Position numbers and translations under genes: made by a program. A stretch of DNA of 64,000 bases from a virus, in IMG/VR virus record IMGVR_UViG_3300001868_000005; one strand, written 5' to 3'. The notes below the pieces were generated by a model. The model did no database searches and had not been told where the DNA came from. It saw only the letters and a program-made list of their open reading frames with translations. Positions 19,078 through 29,919 of the stretch are shown in pieces (the stretch's first letter is position 1; each line of letters starts with the position of its first letter).

Positions 19078-19644
19078 CTATTGACTAGGTGTGCGGTAAG
19101 AAAGTATGGGACGTGGAGGCGCTACACCAAGAATCTCTTTTGCTGTCTGTACCAAATTGGCAGTGCTTCCGGCTGGCAGTTTTATCTCGTCGGTATCAGC
19201 CATGGTCTCGAATGAGGGTATAGCTTCGATAATTAAATCCATCTGCTTTGTCATTCCCCACAGCCACACTTCCTGTCCTTTTACTTCAAAGGAAACAGTT
19301 CCGTCAATTTCATTTATTTCTCCTATCAAAGAGTGTTCATCCATACGTATAGGGACAAACATAAGCTCAGGTTCAGATTGCGAATAAACCCTCGTTGCAT
19401 CCCCGATAGTCGGGAACTGCATCACAGAAGTAGGTAAGGTACAGATTGAGATGTTTTCATCATGCCTTACGCTTGTCACATGGTATCTATGCAGGTAGTC
19501 ATTAATAAAAGCCGGTTCCTGCTTAAATATATCGAAATAAATATCACCCAAAGCCATTCCAAGGACACGACTAATAAGTCCTCTGGAATAATTGTTATCA
19601 GGGGATAGTTGAGTCAAAACGTCAACGAGGTCAGATTTTATCAT
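19078..19644 (-). CDS. Putative head-tail connector/ring protein
   Basis: Coupled to 19644-20504; size and position fit crAss-like ring proteins. Confidence 0.45.
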   Translation of the reverse strand: MIKSDLVDVLTQLSPDNNYSRGLISRVLGMALGDIYFDIFKQEPAFINDYLHRYHVTSVRHDENISICTLPTSVMQFPTIGDATRVYSQSEPELMFVPIRMDEHSLIGEINEIDGTVSFEVKGQEVWLWGMTKQMDLIIEAIPSFETMADTDEIKLPAGSTANLVQTAKEILGVAPPRPILSYRTPSQ

Positions 19645-20504
19645 TATTGCTGTTTTTGTTGAAAGCCACCGGTGCGGTTAATCATCACTATTTGGTAAAC
19701 CTTCTGGACAAATTCCTCATAGGCCCACACAGGAATATCTAACTCAATAGATTGACTTACGTACCCATTTATGTTATGTTTGGTATGGGTAACTGAGGCC
19801 ATAATAATAGCGTCTCCTAATGCTTGATATTTTGGATTAGTAGCCGGTGCAGTGGTGTCGGTATTTAACACTGCTGTGATTACCTTGTAAGCTATTCCTA
19901 TGTTGGTCACCCTTGCCCCTACAGAATACGCAGTAGAGGCAGTCCATGCGGCGACAGCCCTTACTAAATCAAGATTAGCTCCATTTGTTACTAGCCAACT
20001 TCCAGGTTCCATATAATAAAATACCTGATTCGCATCAAAGACATAGTCAAAGAAAACACTGAGCGGTAGTCGGTAATAAACAAGTGTGGCTGTGGTTGGA
20101 TTATTAGAAATAACGACAACTCCTTGTTCTACCTTAGCAAAAGCCCTTGAATTTTCGTAGAAAGGGTTGTGAACCAGATAGTTATATCTCGTTGGGTCGA
20201 GAATGGTTACATCAAAAAAACCGACAGTTAAGGCTTTCTCAAACATAAAATCAGTAGGAACATTAAAAGGGGGTGTAATCACTGCTGATTTTACAAGCTG
20301 AACCAGTGGATTAAATTCATTGGGAACTATATCCATCTTTTGATTAATAGGCGTAGACCTTAGTTGCCCTATAATGGTTGAATAATAACCGGACTGTGCA
20401 AGTGTGGCTGCCCGACTGAATTCTTCAGGTGTAAATGTGTAGCCACTCTGGTCTTTATTTGTTAAGAAGTTGACCTGCTGGAAGATATCATACAAATTGG
20501 CCAT
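19644..20504 (-). CDS. Putative ring/connector structural protein (crAss-like type)
   Basis: N-terminal NKDQSGYTFTPEEF..A..AQ resembles the NKEQxGYxTPxEFN motif of Bacteroidota phage ring proteins. Confidence 0.55.
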   Translation of the reverse strand: MANLYDIFQQVNFLTNKDQSGYTFTPEEFSRAATLAQSGYYSTIIGQLRSTPINQKMDIVPNEFNPLVQLVKSAVITPPFNVPTDFMFEKALTVGFFDVTILDPTRYNYLVHNPFYENSRAFAKVEQGVVVISNNPTTATLVYYRLPLSVFFDYVFDANQVFYYMEPGSWLVTNGANLDLVRAVAAWTASTAYSVGARVTNIGIAYKVITAVLNTDTTAPATNPKYQALGDAIIMASVTHTKHNINGYVSQSIELDIPVWAYEEFVQKVYQIVMINRTGGFQQKQQ

Positions 20505-20974
20505 TATACTATTGGTATTATTATTGGGTTAAAGTCATTAAGGATATTTACGATATTGGCATAATGTCCGGAGGTATCCAGACTGAAGGTTTTGGCGAAA
20601 TTGAACATCACTATCTCGTTCTGGATTGCGATAACATTGGGTAGCATCTTATTTGCCATGGCTGCGTTAGGCGTATTCCCGACCAATCCGGCAAATGCGT
20701 AGTACGTGTTAAGGAAATTGGCTATATTTGTGTAGTCTGCTTGTGTCCAGTTATGGAGTGCGAAAGTAGCGGTGTAGGTAGCATCTACTGAAGGAGTGAT
20801 AGAAAGAAGTGCGTTAACGGTGGTTGACCCCCCAGTGAGTACCCAGTGGACAAAATCATACCCTACCAACGGAACCGCTATAAGGCTAATCGGTGTACCT
20901 ATTTCTTGTAGTCCAGTTGCGGGTGACGCTGTACCTCCAGTATTTGAATTTATTGTTATGGTTACTTGACTCAT
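20504..20974 (-). CDS. Virion protein with InlB B-repeat-like domain
   Basis: GGTASP...GTPISLIAVP..GYDFVHW...YTATF; own promoter 20991-20998. Confidence 0.55.
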   Translation of the reverse strand: MSQVTITINSNTGGTASPATGLQEIGTPISLIAVPLVGYDFVHWVLTGGSTTVNALLSITPSVDATYTATFALHNWTQADYTNIANFLNTYYAFAGLVGNTPNAAMANKMLPNVIAIQNEIVMFNFAKTFSLDTSGHYANIVNILNDFNPIIIPIV

Positions 20975-20990
20975 ATCGCAATTATTTCTA

Positions 20991-21021
20991 CAAAGATAGG
21001 CATTTCTACAAAATTAATCAA
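20991..21021 (-). promoter_or_regulatory. Promoter of the ring/connector operon
   Basis: TTG-20-TATCTTTG on the minus strand. Confidence 0.75.
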
Positions 21022-21049
21022 GACTAAATCTAAATAAGGTTTTGGAAAT

Positions 21050-21081
21050 AAAAAACCACACTCAATTGAATGAATGTGGTT
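21050..21081 (-). terminator. Intrinsic terminator of the minus-strand early/replication operon
   Basis: Minus strand: AACCACATTCA / TGAGTGTGGTT stem followed by a T run. Confidence 0.75.
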
Positions 21082-21094
21082 ATACTTTGCGGTG

Positions 21095-21634
21095 TTATTG
21101 GTTTTCCTGATTGTATTTATTCAGTAGAGTTCTAATATCCTTGATTGGCAATGATATGGTTGTTATCATTCTACTTTCGTCTGTGGGTAAGTAAATCGCT
21201 GCTTCGGGGAACTGCTCTTCGACCCTCTTGAATGTACCCAGAGAAATAAGTGTTGATTCAATTTGCGTAAAAAGCAAATCCATGTCTTTTCTTAATTGCT
21301 TTAGGTTTTCGTTTCCGCTTCTAATTGTTTCGTATTCATCCCTGGTAACGAGAATGGACTTATTGTCATACCCTTCTTTACATGGAATATTCCGTTTCGT
21401 GTACATTCCGATATGCTCTAGATTACCAGAAAAGAAGTTGTAATAACTTCTCGTTGACACAAATCCCGGAAACTTTTTATAGAACTTTACCACTTCCGGG
21501 TTTACGCTATTTTCCGCAATAACCGCACAATATTCTGAATTTTCGGCATCAACTGATTTTATCTTCAAGTCAAACGCTTTTCTGCAAATTGTAGTTGCAA
21601 TTTCTTTGGCTAATTGTTTTGTGATTTTACTCAT
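21095..21634 (-). CDS. Hypothetical phage protein
   Basis: 179 aa ORF with AT-rich start context. Confidence 0.65.
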   Translation of the reverse strand: MSKITKQLAKEIATTICRKAFDLKIKSVDAENSEYCAVIAENSVNPEVVKFYKKFPGFVSTRSYYNFFSGNLEHIGMYTKRNIPCKEGYDNKSILVTRDEYETIRSGNENLKQLRKDMDLLFTQIESTLISLGTFKRVEEQFPEAAIYLPTDESRMITTISLPIKDIRTLLNKYNQENQ

Positions 21635-21677
21635 TTTTTTTTGTTTTTTAAGTTATTTGTAATTTATAATCATTTAA

Positions 21678-22181
21678 TTAAGCAACCAGCAATAATTTTA
21701 TACTTTCGATCTCGTGTCTGAATATAGGCTCCGTATCAATCCTGTTCATAACAGCCTTTTTTGCGTGGTTAGTAGTAGAGTGATCCTGCCCAAAAAGCAA
21801 AGCGGTTTGAGCGTTGGTTAATTTGGTGTATTCCTTAATAAGATAATAAGACACCTGCCTTGGTAGTACGAATTTAGGCTGTCTGTCTTTAATTGTAGCC
21901 AAGGAGGTGTCTATTCCGTAAAACTTATAGACAGTATCAATGATCTTATAAGCCCCTATCAGGTGTTCTGGGTGCTCTGTTAACTCAGAGTAGTAATTAC
22001 CAGAGAAGTCCTCTGAGAACTGCCTAAAAACGCATTGGTGATCCTGACACATGGAATATAGTCTCTTTAGCGAAATATGTCCGTTATCATGGATAAAAAC
22101 GAGTATATTAACAAAGATACCTACCTGTTCGGGTGTGAATAAGCAGGTTATCTCGCTAAATTTGGTGGTGTTGAGGTTCAT
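21678..22181 (-). CDS. Protein with C-terminal DnaA-like HTH domain
   Basis: PRQVSYYLIKEYTKLT......FGQDHSTT.HA.K.V matches the Bac_DnaA_C pattern. Confidence 0.75.
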   Translation of the reverse strand: MNLNTTKFSEITCLFTPEQVGIFVNILVFIHDNGHISLKRLYSMCQDHQCVFRQFSEDFSGNYYSELTEHPEHLIGAYKIIDTVYKFYGIDTSLATIKDRQPKFVLPRQVSYYLIKEYTKLTNAQTALLFGQDHSTTNHAKKAVMNRIDTEPIFRHEIESIKLLLVA

Positions 22182-22414
22182 ACAATGGAGTGTGAGTAGT
22201 TCTTATAAAAGTTTTTCTTTGTTTTCTCTACATCGGTTCCTTTCGGTCTGTAAATAAAAGCATTCGGACTGACCTCGATTTTGAGCATCTTTTCAGTTTT
22301 GGGTGAGTTTTTGATAAGTTCAGCGAGTTTCTTATCTCGCGCGATTTCCTGAACATCAATTAGTGTCGCTTTAGATAGGTCACGATTTCCCATCATATTA
22401 TTTTTACAACTCAT
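22178..22414 (-). CDS. Hypothetical protein
   Basis: Coupled ORF in operon. Confidence 0.55.
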   Translation of the reverse strand: MSCKNNMMGNRDLSKATLIDVQEIARDKKLAELIKNSPKTEKMLKIEVSPNAFIYRPKGTDVEKTKKNFYKNYSHSIV

Positions 22415-22854
22415 TACTTTGAGGTTATGGCTAAGAAAGATGAAGTAGTGAATGTAGGCGGGAATATCCTTTCCCCTGAATCCTTATCGAATACCTGATC
22501 GTCTTTCGGGATAGCTTTTAAGAATATCTCTATCTCTTCTTTACGTTTGATTAGTTTATCGTATTCCGTATGCCCACACTTAGAGTAGTTGTATGTTCTT
22601 TTTGACGAAACAACAATTTTGTTACCCATAAAATCAAAAGATTTTCCGTTCTTTTCAGCTTCGGTCATTACATAATCTTTGACTTCCTTGTCCTCTCTGA
22701 TCTTTTTGATAATATCAGCAAGGTTTTTCAGATAGACTTCGGTCTGGAGTGGATTTACATTACCTGAAAGGATCTCGTCTTTGCATTCTTGGATGAACTT
22801 TGCTTTTGATTCTTTGGTAACAAGTCCGTTGCTTAATTTTTCGAGTGAGTTCAT
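22414..22854 (-). CDS. Conserved phage protein adjacent to the recombinase gene
   Basis: 146 aa coupled ORF; YNYSKCG motif typical of ERF-neighbouring genes. Confidence 0.55.
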   Translation of the reverse strand: MNSLEKLSNGLVTKESKAKFIQECKDEILSGNVNPLQTEVYLKNLADIIKKIREDKEVKDYVMTEAEKNGKSFDFMGNKIVVSSKRTYNYSKCGHTEYDKLIKRKEEIEIFLKAIPKDDQVFDKDSGERIFPPTFTTSSFLAITSK

Positions 22855-23529
22855 CTAATAAGTGATTTTAAGATTCGATATATCATTCAAAAGCAACTCT
22901 TCTGTTATGGCATCAATGACATACATCTTTTTTAACTCTTCAATAGAGTAGATTTTCCCCTTGATACCAGTTGACATAGCAATAATGGCACTTTGGTACT
23001 TATCGGAATTGTGGATAAGTTTTACGGGTTCCTTTTTTGCAGGTGTAGGTGGTTTTGGTGGGGTAGGTAGTTTTGGTGGGGTAGGTGTTTGTTCTTTTGG
23101 TTTAGATGGATCGGGTGTGGTAGAATCAGCGTCTTTAAGCTCCTCTGTTGGAATAAGGAACGTTTGCATCATTGCATACTTTAACGCTGCGCTCATAGCT
23201 TTATTTGCGCTCTTATCAGCACTATCCATAGCTTCACCTATCAATATAGATGATACACTTGAGCCATCAGATGTAAAAAAGCTGATTTTTACGTCAAGTA
23301 TGGTGTAGATAATATTTCCACCTGATTTTGTTACACGTTCTTCTCTTGTGGTTTTCAGAACTTCGCTGATAATAAATACTTCATGCTTTGCGAATAGTTC
23401 ATGCAGTGCATTGTACATATCATCAATACCCCTGAAACTGTAACCCTGTTGTTGGTTTTTTTTGTTCTTTCCAATAAATTCAACGTCCTTAAAAATCTCG
23501 GACATCTTTTTGTAAATTAAATTTTCCAT
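22855..23529 (-). CDS. erf: ERF-family single-strand annealing protein
   Basis: GYSFRGIDD, GEAMDSADK...KAMSAALKYA...FLIPT...DAD. Confidence 0.85.
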   Translation of the reverse strand: MENLIYKKMSEIFKDVEFIGKNKKNQQQGYSFRGIDDMYNALHELFAKHEVFIISEVLKTTREERVTKSGGNIIYTILDVKISFFTSDGSSVSSILIGEAMDSADKSANKAMSAALKYAMMQTFLIPTEELKDADSTTPDPSKPKEQTPTPPKLPTPPKPPTPAKKEPVKLIHNSDKYQSAIIAMSTGIKGKIYSIEELKKMYVIDAITEELLLNDISNLKITY

Positions 23530-23539
23530 TGGTTTTAAT

Positions 23540-26500
23540 TTAATAATTGATTTTTAAATTTCTGAATCCCTTGTTAATATAATATTTCTTCCTCATCTGT
23601 AAATAAGAAAATGTCCCTGTTTCAAGTACGGTTTCTTTACGTGGGATTTTATGTGGAAGTCCCTCAATAATTACGGTCTTGAATATAATCTCGACTAACT
23701 TGCCTATCTTACCCGGCTTTGTGATTCCGTAATTTTTAAGTCTGCCAAATTCGGTTTCCTTATTCACCTAGTTGGTTATTAAGATCTTCAAGTTCTTTTA
23801 ATTTTTCGGGTAATAAAACGTCTCGTTTCCATTTCTTAAACCTCTCTTTTAGTAATCCATCAAGTCTTATGGATTGCTCTTCTGTGAATGGAAGTGACAT
23901 AAAGTTATTACCGTGTGTTCCATGTGGATTTCTATATTCGGGTATATTTGCCATCCATATTTCAAAGACATATTTTTCATCTATTTTAATTTCCCAAACG
24001 TGGGTTCCTTTGGTAATTATTTCAAATTCATCTGCTAATATCTTAGCAGTAAAGTAATCCTGAACTTCTTTAATTTTCTGTTCCATTTTTAAATAATTTA
24101 ATAGTGGTTTCTTGATTCTTGCATTATCCTGATAGTTTCCTTGAGTTGTTTAATTTCATAATCTTTGTCTCTGATTATGTCATCATGGATAGCCTCCTTG
24201 TTGGCCTCATAGATTTCCTGTCTTATTTTCGGCCACCATTGTCCCAGATAGGTTCCTGCTTGTTTCTTTTCTCTCTCCTGATCTGAATAATCACAAAGGG
24301 CTTTAATTACTTTCATTCTTAGATCAGTCCAGGAATCGTCGTTTACGATTTCGTCTGCAATTGTTCTTGTAAACTCATAATATGTATTATTTGATAGCTC
24401 TTCTAATTGTTTAGAAAACTTTTCAATAATCTCTTTTGTTTTTTCTTGCCCGAATTTCGATAATTCAGGATAGATAAGCGAATAATCTTCATCTTTATTC
24501 ATTTATACTGTTTTTAAAAGTTTCAATTCGTTTTCTTAACTCAATTCTTTTGTCAGAGTTTTCCAGTTCTTGCTCAATTGAGAGATCTAACTGCATATAC
24601 GGTAATTTTGTAATTTCCGCTTCGAGTTCCCGGATTGTCCTGTCGTACTCTACAATCCATTTTATAGTTTTGAAATTATCGTAATCTTCTTCGGCTTCTG
24701 TCATCGTGTGAACATAAAAATGATAAGTCCCCAGAATAACAGGCAGGCAAAAATAATAGTCAATAAAATACGCTCACTTTTTAGTTTTTCATTCATGGAT
24801 CAGTAATTTGATTTTTCAAGTGAATCCGGTCTGCACGCATGAGAGGTAGGATTATGATTAAAACTCACAAATACAAATGTGTCATTCGTAGAAGTGACTA
24901 ATCCGTAATTGTCTTGTGTTCTGCCTTCACCGATAAGATGTGGGGACGTATAGTAAACTTCGTCTCCCACTTTAAAATCTGTAGTCTTTTCCATAATTTA
25001 AGTTTTTAAATAATAAATACATTTACATATTTTAACTTCAATTGGCATTTTAATTCTTGGGTGTAAACAACTGCTTACTTTGCCCGTGTACGGTATGGCA
25101 CATGACTTACAGTCGCCACAGAATGCCTCTGGAATAATCTTTTCGGGCTTACTTTGCTGCTTCGCCATTCCATTTATATGTATTAGATATAAACCATATC
25201 CGTTTTCTGATCTCAAGAGAATACGACCTGATACCTTCTTTGTTGGTATCTTTGGTTAGAAATATTTTGCGTCTGATTCTAGTCTTGAATCCTTTCTCAT
25301 TTAATAGCCATACTGCATATTTGGTATCAAGATTAAACGTCCAGATAAAGGCTTTCTTACCTTTGTTTAAATTAAACTGCCATTTAATGATTATGAAGTT
25401 AATTTGCTGTTGAGTTGATTCTAATAAAAGTTCGTTCATTGGTTTAATTTAAGACTGTAAATTTACTGATAAAAATAACATAAAAGCAAGTAAATGTGTA
25501 ATTTATAATGATTCTTAATAATCCCGAAGCGAAGACGGTGCTACAAAATTATCAGGTCTGGTCTTTATTCCCTGTCCTCTGGTTTTACAACATTCCATCT
25601 TATAACGTACTCCAGATAGTTCGCTCATTAGCTTTCCGAAAGTAAAGGGACAGTTACAAACCTCGATAGATTCTTCTATCTTAGACTCCTTTATGATAAG
25701 TTCTTTTAATTTTTCCTCGCTTGTCATCGTATGTGGTGGTGGCCTTGGAAGTCATTTGCACTAGCGAAAGTTTTGTTTTGAAGTGGTTTTATCTTAAAAA
25801 GATTTTGCCACTGATTCCTGAGGTAAATTAGAAGTTTTTTCATAATTATGGATTTAAAATAGTGGGATCATTTTAACATTGCAAATAATTGAATAGAATA
25901 TTGTCCAAAATAATAATGCTACAATAATTAAAAAAACATACTCTTTGCTTCTTTCTGTCATGTTAAAAATTTTTAAAGTGTAAATTTATCAGTTAACTCA
26001 GTCTGTTTTTTGCTTAAAATATCGTTTAGTATCCTAACAGAGCCGTCTTCGTCTGTCATGTGGTACATTGCTTGATAATTCGATAAAAGTCTCTTACAGG
26101 GCTTTATTTGCTGAATTAGGGTGCATGATTCAATAACCTTTTTGGTTTTTTCAAATGCTGTTCTCATTTGTGAATGTTTTCTACATGTAAAATTATATCA
26201 TTAACATACACAAAAGTGATTTTACCTAAGATATTTCTTTTTATAGACTTAATTTCACCTTTGACTTTTTTGTTTTTCGAGTAATAAGATACCTTACTCC
26301 CGATAGTTAGATTTTCCCTGAATATTTGCAGTCGTAAACTTTTGTAAAAATACCACAACAAAAACAGGAATACAAGTAAGATTATGCAGTATTTCATAAC
26401 TCTGTTACTTTTTTAAGTTCCATAATAAAATCGTCAATAGCTGTGATAGTTATTTGATTTGTAAAAACCTTGTCGTACATTTCATGCAGTGACTCTACTC

Positions 26501-26893
26501 CAAAATCGCCCCCTGATTCCTTAATCAGTTTGTTTTGATCGTTCATCTTTTCAATGTGGAGTTTCTTGCGTTTTTCGTACTCCTTAATTAACTTAGATAG
26601 TTTCATTTGTCGTAAAGTTTAATAAAATTAAAATACATTAATTCGTGGTTTTTATTTCCCTCAAAATATCTTCTATTATATCTTTCACTGTTGTCGATAG
26701 TTAGGTGTGTCAATGAAGGTACTCTTTCGCCCTCTCCCATGTCAAAAAATAGATAAGGGCTTGATATTTTATCAACTTCTTGCGACTCTGGCCCAACGGT
26801 AGCGAACCATTTGTACCCATTTTTAAATAATAGTTCCTGAACTCTTTTGCTTTGTTCGGGAGTTACTCGCATTTTAAAAGGTGCTATTTTCAT
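23540..26893 (-). other. Run of about 15 small, translationally coupled hypothetical genes
   Basis: ORFs 23540-23767, 23760-24086, 24098-24502, 24495-24704, 24800-24994, 24998-25216, 25149-25439, 25515-25727, 25973-26167, 26164-26397, 26394-26606, 26603-26893; ATGA/TAATG overlaps. Confidence 0.7.
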
Positions 26894-27141
26894 TTCATAA
26901 TCTTTTTTACAATTTGTAGATCATAGCCTATACTTTCAAGTTCATTAAATAAGTCTTCATACTCTTCTGGTGAAGCCAACTTGGTAGTTTGAACAATTCC
27001 CTTACTTGCTGGGCTGTGTTGTCCTACGTGCATGTAAGAGCCAATTAGATACCCTTCCGGCATTTCAGGAAAGAGGGCTATAATCTGCCCGTCTGAAAAT
27101 TTCCTGAAAATTACTTTTGTTTTGATCGTGTCTTTTTTCAT
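26890..27141 (-). CDS. Early-region phage protein (VIFRK...IIALFP...SYMHVGQHS..S family)
   Basis: Motif common in phage/plasmid early regions; function unknown. Confidence 0.6.
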   Translation of the reverse strand: MKKDTIKTKVIFRKFSDGQIIALFPEMPEGYLIGSYMHVGQHSPASKGIVQTTKLASPEEYEDLFNELESIGYDLQIVKKIMK

Positions 27142-27182
27142 AATGAATGTTTATTTAATTTAAAATTATTTGCCTTTGATTC

Positions 27183-27341
27183 CTAAATGAATCCCTGGGT
27201 TTTGTAGAGCATTTTCAACCGATATTCTTCCCGTATTAATCTTTTGCGTTTTTTGTCGTCTGCCTTTGCTTGTTGCCTGGCTTTTTGATTTTCTGCTTCT
27301 GTGATAGGTTGATTTAAAAATTCTCTAAGCTCTTCGTACAT
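27183..27341 (-). CDS. Small hypothetical protein (52 aa, not in ORF track)
   Basis: MYEELREFLNQPITEAENQK...; start overlaps the upstream stop (TAATG). Confidence 0.55.
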   Translation of the reverse strand: MYEELREFLNQPITEAENQKARQQAKADDKKRKRLIREEYRLKMLYKTQGFI

Positions 27342-27553
27342 TATTCTCCTTTCTCTTGTTTAGTTGCTGAATTAAAGCAACTTTCGCAAAGAATTAATTT
27401 ACCTGTTGGCTTTTCTTTTTTGTAGATATACGAGCCATTAGTTTCTCCACAGGCGCAAGTACAAGTACAAACATCAACGGTTAACCCTTGTTTTTTTGCG
27501 TCTGCAATGGCTTTGTAAAATTCTTTTACTGTCAAAAAATAGGTAGTTTTCAT
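27341..27553 (-). CDS. Small Cys-containing (zinc-finger-like) protein
   Basis: CTCTCACG and CESC; likely start MKTTYF at 27553. Confidence 0.55.
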   Translation of the reverse strand: MKTTYFLTVKEFYKAIADAKKQGLTVDVCTCTCACGETNGSYIYKKEKPTGKLILCESCFNSATKQEKGE

Positions 27554-27554
27554 T

Positions 27555-28067
27555 TTAATAAAGTTCTCCATCTTCTGTAAAATCATAATCATTGCATTCA
27601 ATTGATTCTATTATAGCTTCTGTACTTGTTCTATAATCATAATCATGTTCAAGTAAAATGAGATAATCCTGCAATAAATCATTCAAAAATTCAGTTTCTA
27701 AATCAATCAATGTTTCTTCACTCTCTGAACTTTCATAATTTTCTGAACTTTCATCCATGTAGTCGCTAAAAATTGGCTGCCATACCTCCATAAATTTCTC
27801 TGTGGTTTTATACGTTTCGCAACTCTCCCCGTGTGAATTTAGTACGTTTTGAGCTACTTCGCACGCTTCCAAATTAAACTCCCCTGTTATGTCTTTTCTG
27901 TCTATGTCAGAAGATGTAATTTTTAATCCAATTTCTTTTGCATCTTCATACATATCTTCCCACCAGTTATAATCTACATTCAGATCAAATAAGTGATCTA
28001 ATGCTTTTTGTTTTGCTGTCTCTGAAAGTTCATTGAACTTGTAAATGTTAATTGATACTGTTTTCAT
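27555..28067 (-). CDS. Acidic early phage protein
   Basis: MKT....IYKFNELSE.AKQKA ... I..N.Y.FTEDG; likely start 28067. Confidence 0.65.
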   Translation of the reverse strand: MKTVSINIYKFNELSETAKQKALDHLFDLNVDYNWWEDMYEDAKEIGLKITSSDIDRKDITGEFNLEACEVAQNVLNSHGESCETYKTTEKFMEVWQPIFSDYMDESSENYESSESEETLIDLETEFLNDLLQDYLILLEHDYDYRTSTEAIIESIECNDYDFTEDGELY

Positions 28068-28179
28068 GTCGTTTAATTTAAAAGTGAATAAATGTATTGT
28101 TAATTTAAAATAGTTCGTTAGGTTGGTCAATACGTCCCTTTAGAGACGTTTCGGATATGTTTAACCCTCATCAGTTAAC

Positions 28180-28575
28180 CTATTCATCAAACATCCTACA
28201 AACTTCTTCGGCCGCGAACCATGCCATAATATTTGTAACAGATCCTTGTTGAACTTTTGCACCTCCCAAATATTTGTAAAGGTCATTTTTTTCGTCTCTG
28301 TCCATTTTGCCTTTAAATATTCCGAAATTATTAACCATTTCGCAAACATCTTCGCCCATTTGTTCGGCTGATTCTTCGAGTAGTTTAACGATCAATTTTC
28401 TGTATTGTAGTGCAAATTTATGAGTATCTGAATAATAAATAAAGCCATTAAACCCGCCATCAATACCATGATTAACAACGCCCATAATTGATTCTTTGCC
28501 GATTCTTGAGACTACTGCATTAATAAGGGTTTTGTAATCTGAATTTTCTGAAATTACTGATTTAATTGTTTTCAT
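28180..28575 (-). CDS. Early phage hypothetical protein
   Basis: 131 aa ORF with HG..GGF.GFIYY..T motif. Confidence 0.65.
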   Translation of the reverse strand: MKTIKSVISENSDYKTLINAVVSRIGKESIMGVVNHGIDGGFNGFIYYSDTHKFALQYRKLIVKLLEESAEQMGEDVCEMVNNFGIFKGKMDRDEKNDLYKYLGGAKVQQGSVTNIMAWFAAEEVCRMFDE

Positions 28576-28817
28576 AATGATTTTAATTTAAGATTTATAA
28601 TTTAAAAAATTGGTTAAATTGTTAATGATAAACAGATAGATAAAACTATCATGCAAATTAATACGGATTCGATTGATATTTTTTTCATGTTAATAATGTA
28701 ATAAGTGTTCGATTTGTAAAGGAGTTAAAGAATAAAGATAAATAGCAATTCCTGAAGCTAAAACCAAAAAAGCTAACAGGGTAGAGAAGGTTTGCGGGTA
28801 ACGATTAATTAAGGTTT

Positions 28818-29030
28818 TCATTTGTTTAGAAATAAAATGTTATCAATTTCTCTTTTTGAACTTCTTAAAACATCAATGGCAGCAGATAGTCTTATTTTTT
28901 CCATCTCTCTTTCGGTGTGTGCTTGTAGGTTTTGAGGAGTTGGGAGATCCATTAAAAGAATATGATTAGTTAGTAGTGTTCCGATTCTCTGATCGTATTT
29001 TTCCGATAATTCAATTAACATTGTTTTCAT
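28818..29030 (-). CDS. Hypothetical protein
   Basis: 70 aa ORF with AT-rich start context. Confidence 0.55.
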   Translation of the reverse strand: MKTMLIELSEKYDQRIGTLLTNHILLMDLPTPQNLQAHTEREMEKIRLSAAIDVLRSSKREIDNILFLNK

Positions 29031-29322
29031 TTTGTTATAATTTAAGATTAGTTTTTTGTCCTTGTTTGTATTGTAAATTTATTACTGTTTTAGGCTATAT
29101 CTACATTATTCGTTATTTGTTTTGAAAATAATTTGATTCATTAAATCAGTGAGTTAGCACGTTGTTTGGACTAAGTAAATATAAGAAGTCAATTTTATAA
29201 GGTAGATTATTAAAAAAGTCGCCCCTTTTTACTCCATTATAGAAAATAACTACAAAGTATATTGTTTATATTTATTTTAAATAAGTCTTGCATATTGGGA
29301 TTAAAAGAGTTATCTTTGTATT

Positions 29323-29472
29323 ATGATTGAATTAACAGGTAAGCAGGCGGAAAGATTTAATAAGATGGCTAATGATAATTTAAGCCGTCCAAAGATCAAC
29401 TTCTCAGATCAAATAAGATCATGTGAAAAGATTTTAGCAAAATCCAGGAAACCGGCCAGACCAATAACCTGA
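29323..29472 (+). CDS. Small protein (49 aa, MIELTGKQAERFNKMANDN...) with own promoter
   Basis: TTG-20-TATCTTTG promoter at 29288-29318 directly upstream; not in ORF track. Confidence 0.55.
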   Translation: MIELTGKQAERFNKMANDNLSRPKINFSDQIRSCEKILAKSRKPARPIT

Positions 29473-29642
29473 ATAAATTACTGTAGTGATGCAAATAAAG
29501 AGGTCTAACGAATGATATTTAAAAGAGAGTATAAAGGGACAACAAAGAAAGAAAAGAGAGTTAAACAGACCCTATAACGTTTCAGGAATTAAATCTAATT
29601 GGTAATTGTACACTAATATAAATCTATTCAATTGTCAGACAT

Positions 29643-29669
29643 AAAAAAAGCCCGAATTAACGAGCTTTT
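29643..29669. terminator. Bidirectional intrinsic terminator
   Basis: A7-GCCCG...CGAGC-T4 between convergent genes. Confidence 0.6.
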
Positions 29670-29690
29670 AAATATTGGGAGGTGAAAAGG

Positions 29691-29879
29691 TTAAAATTTT
29701 ATTGATCTGTAATATTTGCAGGCTTCTGTATAGTCGTCAAACATTTGTTTACTGTAATATCCTTTGGTATCATCTTGAACTAAGAAATAACCAGTAAAAA
29801 CATTTTGAGTTAATGATTTGCTTTTATTTGTCTTTGGGTTAAACTTTGAGCGTCTGACATATTCCTTAACATCATTCAT
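29691..29879 (-). CDS. Hypothetical early protein
   Basis: 62 aa ORF. Confidence 0.55.
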   Translation of the reverse strand: MNDVKEYVRRSKFNPKTNKSKSLTQNVFTGYFLVQDDTKGYYSKQMFDDYTEACKYYRSIKF

Positions 29880-29919
29880 AATAATTTAATTTAAAAGGTT
29901 AATAAGGATTAAAGGTTAA

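Noticed and set aside
21663-21679. Dyad-like TTTATAATCATTTAATT as another regulator site
   Set aside because: No canonical promoter box at 36 or 28-30 nt; may be chance in AT-rich DNA, so it was not counted.
29141-29154. IHF-like site (AATCAG-N4-TTA) suggesting attP
   Set aside because: Single match in very AT-rich DNA, 15 kb from the recombinase, with no core or arm repeats identified.
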